Source: an uncultured Actinomycetota bacterium (GTDB lineage Bacteria; Actinomycetota; Actinomycetes; Mycobacteriales; SCTD01). From it: a stretch of 64,000 nucleotides of DNA. The stretch is taken from positions 6,647 through 70,646 of the forward strand of contig CAWFHF010000003.1 in the NCBI GenBank assembly GCA_963815615.1, read 5' to 3'. This document shows positions 38,729 to 49,944 of the stretch, one piece after another (position 1 is the stretch's first letter; each line of letters opens with the position of its first letter). A program made the translations under genes and the position numbers. The notes beneath the pieces were generated by a model. The model did not search any database. It was not told the DNA's origin and was given only the letters and a program-made list of their open reading frames with translations.

Positions 38729-39930
38729 GTGCCCGACGTCCCCGGTGCGACCGTCCAGCTGCTCGGCGCTCGCCGCGCTCGGCGAGGTGGACGGGCTGGT
38801 CGACGGCCTCGTGCCCGTGCTGGTCGCCGCCGAGCCCGACGGCTTCTACGACGACGAGGCCCGCAGCGACCTGCGGGTGAGCGTGCGCACCAGCCTGGTG
38901 AGCATCCTCGCCGTCCTCACCGGCGACGTCGCCCCGGGCACCGACCCGGTGGCGGCGCGGCGCGCGCCACCGGGCGCCGTCAGCTGCAGCAGGCGCTGCC
39001 GCTGGAGGGCGTCCTGCGCAGCTACCGCTGGGCCGGCCGAGCGCTCTGGGACCACTTCGTCGCCACCGCCCGGGCGAGCAGCGGCCCGTCGACGACCAGC
39101 TGCTCGACGCCGCCTCGGAGGTCTGGCGGGTCATCGACCTGTTCTGCACCGCGGCCGCCGAGGGCTACCGGCAGGAGGAGGGCCTGCTGCGCGAGCGCGA
39201 CGGACGGGTCCAGGCCGCCGTCCTGTCGGCCCTGCTGGAGGGCCGCGGGGCTGACCCGCTCTTCGCGCGCGACGCCGGCCAGGCGCTCGGCGTCCCGCTG
39301 GCCGGGCCGTTCGTGTGTGTTGTCGGGCTGCCGGACAGCCTCGACGAAGCTGGCCTGGAGCACCCGCGCGAGCGGCTGCGGATGGCGCGCGTCGCGTCGG
39401 CCGGGATGACCGATGCGGGCACCGACGTCGGGCTGGTCGCGCTCGGACGGGCGCAGCGCGCAGGAGGTCCGGGGCCTGGTCGCCGCGGCCGTGCGCACCC
39501 GCGCCGGGATGAGCCCGGTGTTCGAGGGGATCACCGGCCTGCCCGCGGGCCCGGCACCTGGCCGACACGGCCGCCCGCTGCCCGCGGCCCGCCGCGCAGC
39601 GTCCGGGTGCTGGAGGAGGACCTGCTGGCCGGGCTCGTGGTGGAGGCACCGCTGGTGGTGTCGATGCTGCACGAGCGCACGGTCGGCCGGCTGCTCGCCG
39701 AGGACCCGCAGGGCGAGGACGGCCTGCTGGCCACCCTGCGGGTCTTCCTGCAGGAGGGGGGCTCGCTGAACACCGCCGCCGCCAAGAGCTTCGTGCACCG
39801 CAACACGATGAACTACCGGCTGAACAAGATCGAGCGGGTGACCGGCGTGAGCGTCCGCGCCCTGCACGACCAGGTGCTGTGGGTGCTGGCGCTCAAGGAG
39901 CACGACGCGGAGGTCGGGCCGTCTGCATGA
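38729..39930 (+). CDS. PucR/CdaR-family transcriptional regulator; multiple frameshifts
   Basis: LPLEGVLRSYR (RsbRD-N-like), C-terminal HTH LLATLRVFL..GGSLNTAAAKSFVHRNTMNYRLNKIERVTG. Confidence 0.85.
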
Positions 39931-39996
39931 CCCCGTCCGGGTGGCGTTGTGCAGGAAGCCGGTGACCGGGGCTGGCGGACGCGCCACGCTCGCCCT

Positions 39997-41544
39997 GTGA
40001 CCCGCTCCACAGCCCTCGCCGGCGCCCTGCTCGCCCTCACCGCACTGACCGCCTGCGGCAGCACCGTCCCGCAGGCCGGGCAGGCCCTGACCGCCGGCCC
40101 TGCCGACGCCGCCCTCGGCGGCGGGCTCACCGAGGTCCCCGGCGCGGCCGCCCCCGGAGCGGTGGCGCAGGAGCCCGGCGCGCCCGCGGCCGTCGAGCCC
40201 GGGACCCCCGTCGACGTCGGCGGCGCCTCCGCACCGCTGGCCCCGGCCGCCGGGGCCCCGGCGCCGGGCGCGCCCGCCCGCACCCGGACCGCGACCACGG
40301 CGGGCGCGCCGACGCGCGCAGCCGCACCGGCAGCCCGCGCGGGCGGCCCCCGCGTCACGGCCCCCGTGCGGGTCGGGTTCGTCAACACCAAGGTCGGCAA
40401 CGCCGAGTCCGCCGGGCTCGACGTCGGGCAGACCGCCTCCACCGAGAAGGTCTTCCGCACCCTGGTCACCGCGCTGAACGCCCAGGGCGGGCTGGCCGGC
40501 CGCAGGATCGAACCGCTGACGGCCGACACGGACACAGCCGGCGGGGACTGGAACAGCGACTTCCAGGCCGCCTGCGAGCGCCTGACCAAGGACCAGGAGG
40601 CGGAGGTCGTGCTGGGCTACGTGTTCGCGACCCTGGACTCCTTCGAGAACTGCCTGCTCAAGGCCGGTGTCCCGCACCTGTCCGGCGCCTACACGGTCGG
40701 CGACGAGCAGACGCTCCGCGACTTCCCGACCCTCGTCGGCACGAACACGCTCACCGCGGACCGCCGCTACCGGCTGCAGCTCGAGGGCGCGGTCCGCGAG
40801 GGCTACCTCACGAAGGCCAACAAGATCGGGATCGTCCTCGACGGCTGCCCGTCGACCCTGCGGGCCGTCGAGCGCACCGTCGACCCGTACCTGAAGGCCG
40901 CCGGCCTCGACGGCGGCACCCGCGTCAGCTTCAGCTGCCCCTCCGGCTCCGGCGACGTCGGCGCGGCCGCGGCCCAGGTGCAGGCCGCCGTGCTGCGCTT
41001 CCGGCAGAACGGCGTCGACCGGGTGGTCATCGAGGGCATCCCGCTGGTGCTGTTCTCGCAGTCGGCGGAGTCGCAGGGCTACCGGCCCGGCTACCTCGTG
41101 ACCTCCACGACCCCGGGCAGCGCCGCCGAGCCCAACATGCCGCGCGCCCAGCTGCAGAACGTGCACGGCTACGGGTGGATGCCGCACATGGACGTCAGCA
41201 AGGTCAACCGGCCCGCCCCGACAGCGGCACAGCAGCGCTGCCTGGCCCTGCTCAAGACCGGCGGCGTCGTCCCCCGCGAGTACAACGACTTCCTCAACGC
41301 CTACACCACCTGCGACGGCCTGTTCGCCTACGAGGCGGCCCTCGAGCGCACCGGCGGGCGCAGTGACGCCGCCTCCGTCGTGCAGGCCCTGACCGCCCTC
41401 GGCACCTCGCTGCCCGGCGCCGGCACCTACGGCGGCCGCACCGACTACTCGCGCCGCAACGCCCCCATCGTCTACCGGGCCTGGAGCTACGGCACCGACT
41501 GCAGCTGCTTCCGGTACACCAGCAAGGAGCAGCCGATCTCATGA
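39997..41544 (+). CDS. lipoprotein, periplasmic-binding-protein type I (ABC substrate-binding-like)
   Basis: Lipobox LTAC, Ala/Pro-rich linker, LNAQGGLAGRRIE motif typical of the LivJ-like fold, several Cys. Confidence 0.8.
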   Translation: MTRSTALAGALLALTALTACGSTVPQAGQALTAGPADAALGGGLTEVPGAAAPGAVAQEPGAPAAVEPGTPVDVGGASAPLAPAAGAPAPGAPARTRTATTAGAPTRAAAPAARAGGPRVTAPVRVGFVNTKVGNAESAGLDVGQTASTEKVFRTLVTALNAQGGLAGRRIEPLTADTDTAGGDWNSDFQAACERLTKDQEAEVVLGYVFATLDSFENCLLKAGVPHLSGAYTVGDEQTLRDFPTLVGTNTLTADRRYRLQLEGAVREGYLTKANKIGIVLDGCPSTLRAVERTVDPYLKAAGLDGGTRVSFSCPSGSGDVGAAAAQVQAAVLRFRQNGVDRVVIEGIPLVLFSQSAESQGYRPGYLVTSTTPGSAAEPNMPRAQLQNVHGYGWMPHMDVSKVNRPAPTAAQQRCLALLKTGGVVPREYNDFLNAYTTCDGLFAYEAALERTGGRSDAASVVQALTALGTSLPGAGTYGGRTDYSRRNAPIVYRAWSYGTDCSCFRYTSKEQPIS

Positions 41545-42504
41545 CCACCGCCCCCGAGCTCGCGCAGGCCCGGAGCCCGCTGAGCCGCAAGGTCCGCCTG
41601 GTCCTCTCGGCGCACGCCCTGCTGACGCGGGTCGGCCTCGTGCCCGACCAGGCGCGCCTGCTGGCCAGGACCGAGCAGCAGCGCACCGCGATGGGCACGC
41701 CCGGCGGGCTGGTCGGCCGGGTGCCCGACGTCCCCGCGCAGGACCACGACGTCCCGACCCGCGACGGCCGCACGATCCGGGTGCGCGTGTACCGGCCGGC
41801 CGTGCAGACCCGCCAGCCGCTGCTCTACCTGCACGGCGGCGGCTTCGTCGTCGGCGGCATCGCCGCGTGCGACCACGTGTGCCGCCGGCTGGCCGACGAG
41901 TCCGGCGCCGTCGTCGCCTCGGTCGAGTACCGGCTCGCCCCCGAGAACCCGTTCCCCGTCCCGCTGCAGGACTGCGAGGACGCCGAGCTGCGTGGCTGCG
42001 CGGCCGCGCGCCGAGCTCGGCCTGGACGCCGACGCCCTGGTGGTCGGCGGCGACAGCGCCGGCGGCAACCTCGCGGCTGCGCTCGCCGTCCGCTGCCGCG
42101 ACGCCGGCCGCCCGCTCGCCGGGCAGCTGCTCGTCTACCCCGCGGTCGACCTCAGCCTGTCGCTGCCGGGCGTGCTCGCCTACGACGGCGTCGGGCTGAG
42201 CACGGACGACGTCCGGCAGCTCGCCGCCGCCTACCTCGCCGGGCACGACGCGACCGACCCGCACGCCTCGCCCTGGTACGCCGACCCGGCCGGCCTGGCG
42301 CCCGCGTTCGTCCTCACCCTCGGGCACGACCCCCTGCACGGCGAGGGGGTGGCCTACGCCGAGAAGCTGCTGGCGGCCGGGGTGCGGGTCGAGGCCCTGC
42401 ACCGCCCCGACCACGTGCACGGCTCGCTGTCGCTGCCCCGGCTGTTCGACGGCGTCGACGAGGTCCACGCCGCGATGGCGGCGTTCCTGCGGTCGGTCGC
42501 CTGA
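41541..42504 (+). CDS. HSL-family esterase/lipase (apparent frameshift ~41990)
   Basis: LHGGGFV, VEYRLAPENPFP, GDSAGGNL, HDPLHGEG, HVHG; ATGA overlap with the lipoprotein stop. Confidence 0.88.
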
Positions 42505-42534
42505 CGCGACCGGGCGGCGGACGCCGCCGGCCGG

Positions 42535-45500
42535 TCAGCCCCGCTGCGCCGGGACGCGGACGCCGGCGGCGACCTCGGCCCGCCGGGGCGCGGCGATCAG
42601 CGCGGTGAGGTCGCGGACGGGCAGCGGCTTGGACCACAGGAAGCCCTGCCCGAGGTAGCAGCCGCGCGCCACGACGGCGTCGCGCTCCTCCTCGGTCTCG
42701 ATGCCCTCGGCGACCGTCAGCAGCCCGGTGCCCGGGCCAGGGCGAACACGCCGTCGGCGAGCCGGCCGTCGGGGCCGTCGTCGAGCAGGTGGCCGGTGTA
42801 CGTGCGGTCGATCTTGATGGTCTCGAAGGGGAAGCTGGCCAGGTAGCCCAGGTTGGCGTAGCCGGTGCCGAAGTCGTCGACGGTGACGTGGACGCCGAGC
42901 GCCTGCAGCGCGGTCAGCGTGGCGTGCACGCCCGGGGTGTCGGGCAGCAGGCGGCTCTCGGTGATCTCCAGCGCCACGGCAGCGGGGTCGATGCCGGTGC
43001 GCGCGAGGGTGTCGCGGACGTGGGCGACGAGGTCGGGGTCGTTGAGCTGCAGGGTGCTGACGTTGACGCCGATGAGGAAGTCCGCGTCGGGAGGCAGCGA
43101 GGCCTTCCACTGCTGCGCCTGCGTGAGCGCCTGGGTGAGCACCCAGCGGCCGAGGGCGGCCATGTGGCCGTGCGCCTCGGCGACGGGGATGAACCGGTCG
43201 GGCGTGACGAGGCTGCCGTGCCGGTCGGTCAGGCGCAGCAGGGCCTCCGCCCCGACGACGCCGCCGGTCCGCAGGTCGTAGACCGGCTGGTAGAGCAGGT
43301 GGAAGCGGTCCTCGGCGAGCCCGGTCGCGACGCAGACGGCCAGGGCGGCGTCGCTGGTCGCCGGTGCGGCCCGACGGCGAGCGAACCGCTGGAGCGGTGC
43401 CGCCGCTGCTTCTTGCGCCGGTACATGGCCCGGTCGGCGTCGTCGAGGACGTCCTGCGGCAGCCGGCCGCGCCGGGCGGTGGCGGTGCCGATGCTGGCGC
43501 CGACGCTGAGCAGCCGGCCGCCGTGCGGGACGGGCGCGCTGACCGCCTGCTCGAGCCGCTCGACGAGCGCGCGTCGGCCCGGGTCGTCGTCGGTGAGGGC
43601 GCAGGCGATGACGAACTCGTCGCCGCCGAGCCGCACCACGAGGTCGTCCGGGCGGACCGCCGACTGCAGCCGGGCGGCCACCTCGCGCAGCACTGGTCGC
43701 CGGCGTCGTGCCCGTAGCTGTCGTTGACGTCCTTGAACCCGTCGAGGTCCAGGAACAGCAGGCAGACGCCGCTGCCGGTCGCGGGGTCCAGCGCCGCCTC
43801 CAGCCGCGCCGTCAGGGCCTTGCGGTTGCCGAGGCCGGTCAGCGGGTCGCGCTCGGCGGCCGCCTCCAGCGCGAGCTCGTGCTGCTTGCGCGCGTCGATG
43901 TCGAGGAACTGGGCGAGCAGGTACGGGGTGGCCGGTCAGGTCGCTCGAGCGGGTCGTGGAGACCTCGCACCACAGGTAGCGGCCGTCGGCGCGCTGCATG
44001 CGCAGCTCGAGCGGGTTGGTGCCGGTGCCCTCGCCCTCGAAGGCGTCGACGAGCTCCTCGCGGTCCTCGGGGTGGGCGAGCACCTCGAGCGGCAGGTCGC
44101 GCAGCCGCTCGCTGCTGAGCGCCAGGAAGCGGCGCATGGCGGCGTTGGCGTCGTGCACCAGCCCGGTCAGCCCGAGGTAGGCGATCGGCGTCGGGGAGTC
44201 GTGGAAGGCGGCCCGGAAGCGCTGCTCGCGCTCCTCCAGCGCCCGGCTGGCCTGCCGCGCCTCGGTGACGTCCTTCATGGTCACGACCGCGCCGACGACG
44301 CGGCCGTGCGCGTCGTGCAGCCGGCGACCGTCGCAGCGGACCACGCGGGGCGGCCGGGCCTCGGGGGCGATGACGATGGTGTGGTCGTCGACCGAGCCGT
44401 CGCGCAGCGCCCGGTAGAGCGGCACCTGGTCGAGCGTGAGCAGCGTGCGCCCGTCCTCGGCGTACATGTCGTAGCGGCCGGCCCAGTCGGCCGGGTCGAG
44501 GTCGGGGTCCTCCGGCATGCCGTGGAACTCGCGGGTGGCCCGGTTGAACAGGGTCAGCCGGCCGTCGGCGTCGCAGGCGACGAACGCCGACGTCGACGGT
44601 GTCGAGGAACGTGCCGAGCGTCGCGGCCTGCGCCGACGCCTCCTCGTGCGCGCGCTCCAGGCTGCTGACCAGCCGCTCGCGGTCCTCCTTGAACAGCGCC
44701 AGCGACAGCGCCACCAGCCCGGCGATCGTCACGTACGCCTGGGCCAGCAGCACCCGGGACGACGGCTCCGCGACGGCGGCGAACGGGCCGGTGCCCGCCC
44801 TCGTCTGCACCACGACGAACAGCCCGAGCAGCACGACGTGGGCCGCGGCGACGGTCGGCCCGAACCGCAGGGCCAGCCACAGGCTCAGCGGCAGCAGCAG
44901 GAACAGGACCGGCAGGTCCGGCGGCACGTCGAAGACGAGCGTGTAGCACGCGAGCATCGTCCCGGCGGCCACGCACAGCTCACCGGCCCTGCGCCCGGTC
45001 CAGGGGGTGCGCTCGACATCGGCGTCGGCCAGCCGCAGGGCCAGCGCGGCCAGCACGAGGGTGCTGCTGGTGTTGCGCATGACCCAGGCGCACGAGGGTG
45101 GGCCAGAAGCGCCCGCCCGAGGTCAGCCAGACGCCGACCGGGCCGACCAGGCCGCTGGCCAGCGACCCGGCCAGGCACGCGCCGACCAGGACGGTGAGGT
45201 CCTGCGGGGTGCGCAGCCGCCACGCCAGGGGCTGCAGGCGGCGCATGACCGCGCAGGTGGCGGCGGCCTGCACGACGTTGGCCACCGCGAAGACGACGCA
45301 CAGGTCGTAGGGCGCCCCGGTCAGGGCGTTGACGGCTCCGGTCACCAGGGCGAGCGCCGCGGCGTCGACCGCGAGCCGCCGCCGGTCCGACCAGCTCAGG
45401 GCCAGCCACAGGAAGCCGACGGCCGACGCCGGCCAGGCCAGCGCGAGCGGCCCGTCGGGCAGCCGGAACGTCCGGCCCAGCAGGGCGGCGAGGGCGTAGA

Positions 45501-45591
45501 CGAGCGCCAGCACGGCCAGCCGGACCCAGGGGTGCCGGCGCGCCCACGCGCGCGCCCGGCTCAGGGCCGGGTCCCGCGGGCTGAGGTCCAC
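42535..45591 (-). CDS. MASE1-PAS-PAS-GGDEF-EAL diguanylate cyclase/phosphodiesterase; multiple frameshifts
   Basis: N-terminal TMs with WPAS (MASE1-like), two PAS-like regions, DPLTGLGNR, FLDLDGFKDVND, RLGGDEF, AEALLR, LEITE, DDFGTGY, KIDR, AEGIET, QGF. Confidence 0.85.
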
Positions 45592-45645
45592 CTGGGGAGC
45601 CTCGGCACGCAGCGGGCCGGGCTGGACGGTTCTCGCCGAACTCCT

Positions 45646-46268
45646 TCAGGACGCCGCGACCGTGCGCCCCTCGTAGAGGCTCCCGAACAGGCGGGGCTCG
45701 CCCTCGGCGTAGTACCGCCGCAGGTCCTCGCCCGGCAGGCCGCCGTCGGCCAGCACCCGGTCGACCGCCCGGGACACGTGGCAGCCCGCGAACAGCCGGC
45801 GCTGCACGGGGTCCCAGCGGCGCTGCCGGCGCCAGGACGTCGGCGTCGGGCGCTGCGCCGTGCTCCACGAAGAACAGCCGGCCGCCCGGGCGGAGCACCC
45901 GGCGCAGCTCGCGGACCGCCGCGACCGGGTCGGGGACCGTGCACAGCGTCCACGTCGACAGGGCGGCGTCGAAGGAGGCGTCGGCGAAGGGCAGCCGCTG
46001 GCCGTCGAGCCCGGCCCGCTCGACCGGCACCGGGGTGCGGTCGCGCTCGGGCGCCGAGAGCCGCCAGGCGACGTCGGACGGCTCGACGGCGGCGACGCGG
46101 GTCACCGCCGGCGGGTAGTGGCGGGCGTTGAGCCCGGAGCCGAAGCCCAGCTCGACGACGTCGCCCGCGAGCCCGGCGCACACCCGCGCCCGGCACCTCG
46201 TGGTGCCGGGCCGCGCCCAGCGCGGACCGGGTGACGCGCGGCACGACCTGCTCCGACCAGATGCCCAT
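45646..46268 (-). CDS. class I SAM-dependent methyltransferase; frameshifted
   Basis: VELGFGSGLN, LPFADASFD, TLCTVPD, LRPGGRLFFVEHG, GCH. Confidence 0.85.
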
Positions 46269-46318
46269 GCCGCATCCCGCCACGTCCCGGCCCGGCGCGC
46301 AAGGGGCAGGCTGCGGGC

Positions 46319-47840
46319 GTGGACGACCTGACGACGAGCTCCCTGCTGCTGCGCGACGTCCGGCTGGTGGCCGTCGGCAGCCCGGCCCCGGACGGCGCGG
46401 TCGACGTGCGGGTGCGCGACGGGGTGGTCGCCGAGGTCGGCGCCGGGGCTGCGGCGCGGCGCCGGACGAGCAGGTGCTGGACGGCGGGGGCCGCTGGGCG
46501 GCGCCCGGGCTGTGGGACGCGCACGTCCACCTCGGCCAGTGGGCGCGCAGCCGGCAGCGCCTCGACGTCGGTGGCACCGCCGGCCCCGAGCAGGTGGTCC
46601 AGCGGGTGCGCGACCACCTCGAGGCGCAGCCCGGCGACGGCGTGGTGCTGGGCTACGGCCACCGGTCGGCGACCTGGGCGCGCGAGGCCACGGTCGCCGA
46701 GCTCGACGCGGTCACCGGCGACCGGCCGGTGGTGCTGTGCAGCGGAGACGCGCACAACGGCTGGCTCAACAGCGCGGCGCTGCGCCTGCTCGGGCTGCCG
46801 CCGGTCACGGGACCGCTGGTCGAGGACCCGTGGTTCGCCGTGCTGGCCCGGCTGGAGGAGCTGCCCGGCGCGCCCGACCTGACCGAGGCCTACCGCGACG
46901 CCGTGCGCGACGCGGCGGCCCGCGGCGTCGTCGGGGTGACCGACATGGAGTGGGAGCAGGGCACCGCGCTGTGGCGCGAGCGGGTGGGCGCCGGCGTCGA
47001 CCTGCTGCGCGTGCGCGCCGCGACCTACCCCGACGGGCTCGACGCCCTGCTCGCCCGCGGCCTGCGCACCGGCGACCCGCTGCCCGGCGGGCGCGGACTG
47101 GCCACCACCGGCCCGCTCAAGGTCATCTTCGACGGGTCGCTCAACACCGCGACCGCCTGCTGCCACGACCCCTACCTGCGTCCGGGGGCGGAGGCCCGCC
47201 ACCACGGGCACGCTCAACCTCGACCCCGACGAGCTCGCCGACCTGCTGCGCCGCGCCACCGCGGGCGGCCTCCGGGTGGCCGTGCACGCGATCGGCGACG
47301 CCGCCGTCGGAGAAGCGCTCACCGCGGTCGAGCGGGCCGGCGCGCGCGGGTCGGTCGAGCACGCCCAGCTGGTCGAGCCGGGCCGACCTCGCCCGCTTCG
47401 CCGCCCTCGGCGTCACCGCCAGCGTGCAGCCGGCGCACCTGCTCGACGACCGCGACGTCACGGTCCACCTGTGGCCCGACCGGCAGGACCGCTGCTTCCC
47501 GCTGCGCTCCCTGCTCGACGCCGGCGCCGTGCTCGCGCTCGGCTCCGACGCCCCGGTCAGCCCGCTCGACCCGTGGCTGGCGATGGCCGCGGCCGTCCAC
47601 CGCTCCGCGGACGACCGCGCGCCCTGGGTCCCCGGCGAGGCGCTCACGGCGGCGCAGGCGCTCGCCGCCGGCACCGACGGGCGCGGCACGCTCGTCGCCG
47701 GCGCACCGGGCGACGTCGTCGTGCTCGACCGCGACCCGCTCGCCCCGCAGGACGGCACGGCGGCGACGGCGGCGCACCTGCGCGCGGTGACGGTCGCGGC
47801 GACCGTCGTCGGCGGGCGGGTGACCCACCGGGCCGACTGA
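46319..47840 (+). CDS. amidohydrolase (amidohydro_3/YtcJ-like); frameshifted
   Basis: PGLWDAHVH, DAHNGWLNS, KVIFDGSL, VHAIGD, VEHAQ, SVQPAH, GSDAPV. Confidence 0.88.
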
Positions 47841-47889
47841 GCGGGCGCCCCTGGCAGGGTGGACGCATGACGACGACGGCCCGCCGCTA

Positions 47890-48642
47890 GTGGACCTCGG
47901 ACAGGCCGTGCTGCTCGCGGGCGCCGGGCTGGTCGCGGGCGCGGTCAACACCGTCGCCGGCGCCGGGTCGCTGCTGACCTTCCCCGCCCTGCTGGCCGCC
48001 GGGCTGTCGCCGCTGTCGGCCAACGTCACCAACTGCATCGGCCTGGTGCCCGGCAGCGCCAGCGGCGCCTACGGGCTGCGCAGCGAGCTGCGCGGCCAGC
48101 GCGCCCGGCTGGTCCGGCTGTCGCTGTGGGCGGCTGCCGGCTCCGCCGTCGGGGCCGTGCTGCTGCTGACCCTGCCGGGCGAGGCGTTCGACCGGGTCGT
48201 GCCCGTGCTGGTCGCCCTCGCCGGCGTGCTCGTGCTCGCCCAGCCGCTCGTGGTGCGCTGGTCGCGCCGGGAGGAGTCCGGGCCGGAGTCGCCCGCCACC
48301 GGGGCCGGCGTCGGGGTGGTCGCCGTCTACTCCGGCTACTTCGGGGCGGCGCAGGGCGTCATGCTCATCGGCGTGCTGGGCGCGCTCGCCCCGCAGCCGC
48401 TGCGCCAGGTGAACGCCGTGAAGAACGTCGTCGCGATGGTGGCGAACGCGACCGCCGGGCTGGTCTACGTGTTCGCCGCGCCGGTGGAGTGGGTCGCCGT
48501 GCTGGCCCTGGCGCTCGGCAGCCTCTGCGGCGGGCCGGTCGGGGCGGTGCTCGCCCTGCGGGTCAAGCCCGGGCCGCTGCGCATCGGCATCGCCCTGGTC
48601 GCCCTCGTCGTCGCCGTGCAGCTCGCCCTGGACGCCTGGTGA
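47890..48642 (+). CDS. TauE/SafE-family (sulfite exporter-like) membrane protein
   Basis: AGAVNTVAGAGSLLTFP, YSGYFGAAQG, NAVKN; about 8 TMs. Confidence 0.88.
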   Translation: MDLGQAVLLAGAGLVAGAVNTVAGAGSLLTFPALLAAGLSPLSANVTNCIGLVPGSASGAYGLRSELRGQRARLVRLSLWAAAGSAVGAVLLLTLPGEAFDRVVPVLVALAGVLVLAQPLVVRWSRREESGPESPATGAGVGVVAVYSGYFGAAQGVMLIGVLGALAPQPLRQVNAVKNVVAMVANATAGLVYVFAAPVEWVAVLALALGSLCGGPVGAVLALRVKPGPLRIGIALVALVVAVQLALDAW

Positions 48643-49940
48643 CCGGGCCCGGGCCGGTGCTGCTGCCCGGCGACCCGGAGTCGGTCTTCACCTACGGCGC
48701 CCCGCAGGTGAAGTTCGGGGCCGGCGCCGCGGACGAGATCGGCCACGACCTCGGCCTGCTCGGGGTCCGCCGCGTGCTGGTCGTCACCGACCCGGGCGTC
48801 GCCGCCACCGGCACGCCGCAGCGGGTCGCCGACCAGCTCACGAGGTCCGGGATCGAGGCGCACGTCTACGACGGCGTGCACGTCGAGCCGACCGACGTCA
48901 GCCTGCGCGCCGCCGCCGAGCACGCCCGGGCGACCGGCCCCTGGGACGCCTTCGTCGCCGTCGGCGGCGGGTCGAGCATCGACACCGCCAAGGCCGTCGA
49001 CCTGCTGGTCACCAACCCCGGCGACCTGCTCGACTACGTCAACGCCCCCGTGGGCCTCGGGCGCGCGCCCGAGCACCCGCTCAAGCCGCTGGTCGCCGTC
49101 CCCACGACCACCGGGACCGGCTCGGAGAGCACCACCATCTGCGTGATGGACGTGCTCCACCTCAAGGTCAAGACCGGCATCAGCCACGCCCGGCTGCGCC
49201 CGACCCTCGCCGTCGTCGACCCGCTGCTCACCCTCACCCAGCCGGCCGAGGTGACCGCCGCGAGCGGCATGGACATCCTGTGCCACGCCCTGGAGAGCTA
49301 CACCGCCCGCTGGTACACCAGCGCGCCCCGCAAGGCCGCCGCGCAGCGCGTCCCCTACTGCGGCGCCAACCCCGTCTCGGACATGTTCTCCGAGCGGGCG
49401 ATGTCGCTGCTGGCGACGTCGTTCGTGCGCGCCGTCGAGCACGGCGACGACCTGCAGGCCCGCACCGACCTCGCGCTCGCCAGCACCTTCGCGGGCATGG
49501 GCTTCGGCAACGCCGGCGTCCACGTCCCGCACGCCAACGCCTACCCGATCGCCGGGCGCGTCCGCGGCTTCTCCCCCGCCGGCTACCCGGGCGGCGAGCC
49601 GATGGTCCCGCACGGCATGGCGGTCTCGCTGACCGCGCCGGAGGCCTTCCGCTTCACCTTCGACAGCGCCCCCGAGCGGCACGTCCGGGCCGCCGAGCTG
49701 CTCGCCCCGGGCGCCGACCGCCCCGACGACCTGCGCGAGCTGCTGCCGGGCGTCCTGGCCGACCTCATGCGGCGCATCGGCATCCCCAACGGCATCGGCG
49801 CCGTCGGGTACGGCGAGTCCGACGTCGAGGACCTCGTCGACGGGACGATGAAGCAGCAGCGGCTGCTGGCGACCTGCCCCAAGCCGGTCACGCCCGACGA
49901 CGTCGCCGGGATCTTCCGCCGCTCCCTGCAGCTGTGGTGA
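48639..49940 (+). CDS. hydroxyacid-oxoacid transhydrogenase (iron-containing ADH family, ADHFE1-like)
   Basis: GGGSSIDTAK, PTTTGTGSE, GMDILCHALESYT, GNAGVHVPH..AYPIAG, VPHGMAV, QQRLL. Confidence 0.88.
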   Translation: MTGPGPVLLPGDPESVFTYGAPQVKFGAGAADEIGHDLGLLGVRRVLVVTDPGVAATGTPQRVADQLTRSGIEAHVYDGVHVEPTDVSLRAAAEHARATGPWDAFVAVGGGSSIDTAKAVDLLVTNPGDLLDYVNAPVGLGRAPEHPLKPLVAVPTTTGTGSESTTICVMDVLHLKVKTGISHARLRPTLAVVDPLLTLTQPAEVTAASGMDILCHALESYTARWYTSAPRKAAAQRVPYCGANPVSDMFSERAMSLLATSFVRAVEHGDDLQARTDLALASTFAGMGFGNAGVHVPHANAYPIAGRVRGFSPAGYPGGEPMVPHGMAVSLTAPEAFRFTFDSAPERHVRAAELLAPGADRPDDLRELLPGVLADLMRRIGIPNGIGAVGYGESDVEDLVDGTMKQQRLLATCPKPVTPDDVAGIFRRSLQLW

Positions 49941-49944
49941 GCGG

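Noticed and set aside
42535-45591. GGDEF/EAL protein as a novel signalling system
   Set aside because: MASE1-PAS-GGDEF-EAL is a common architecture and the catalytic motifs look canonical.
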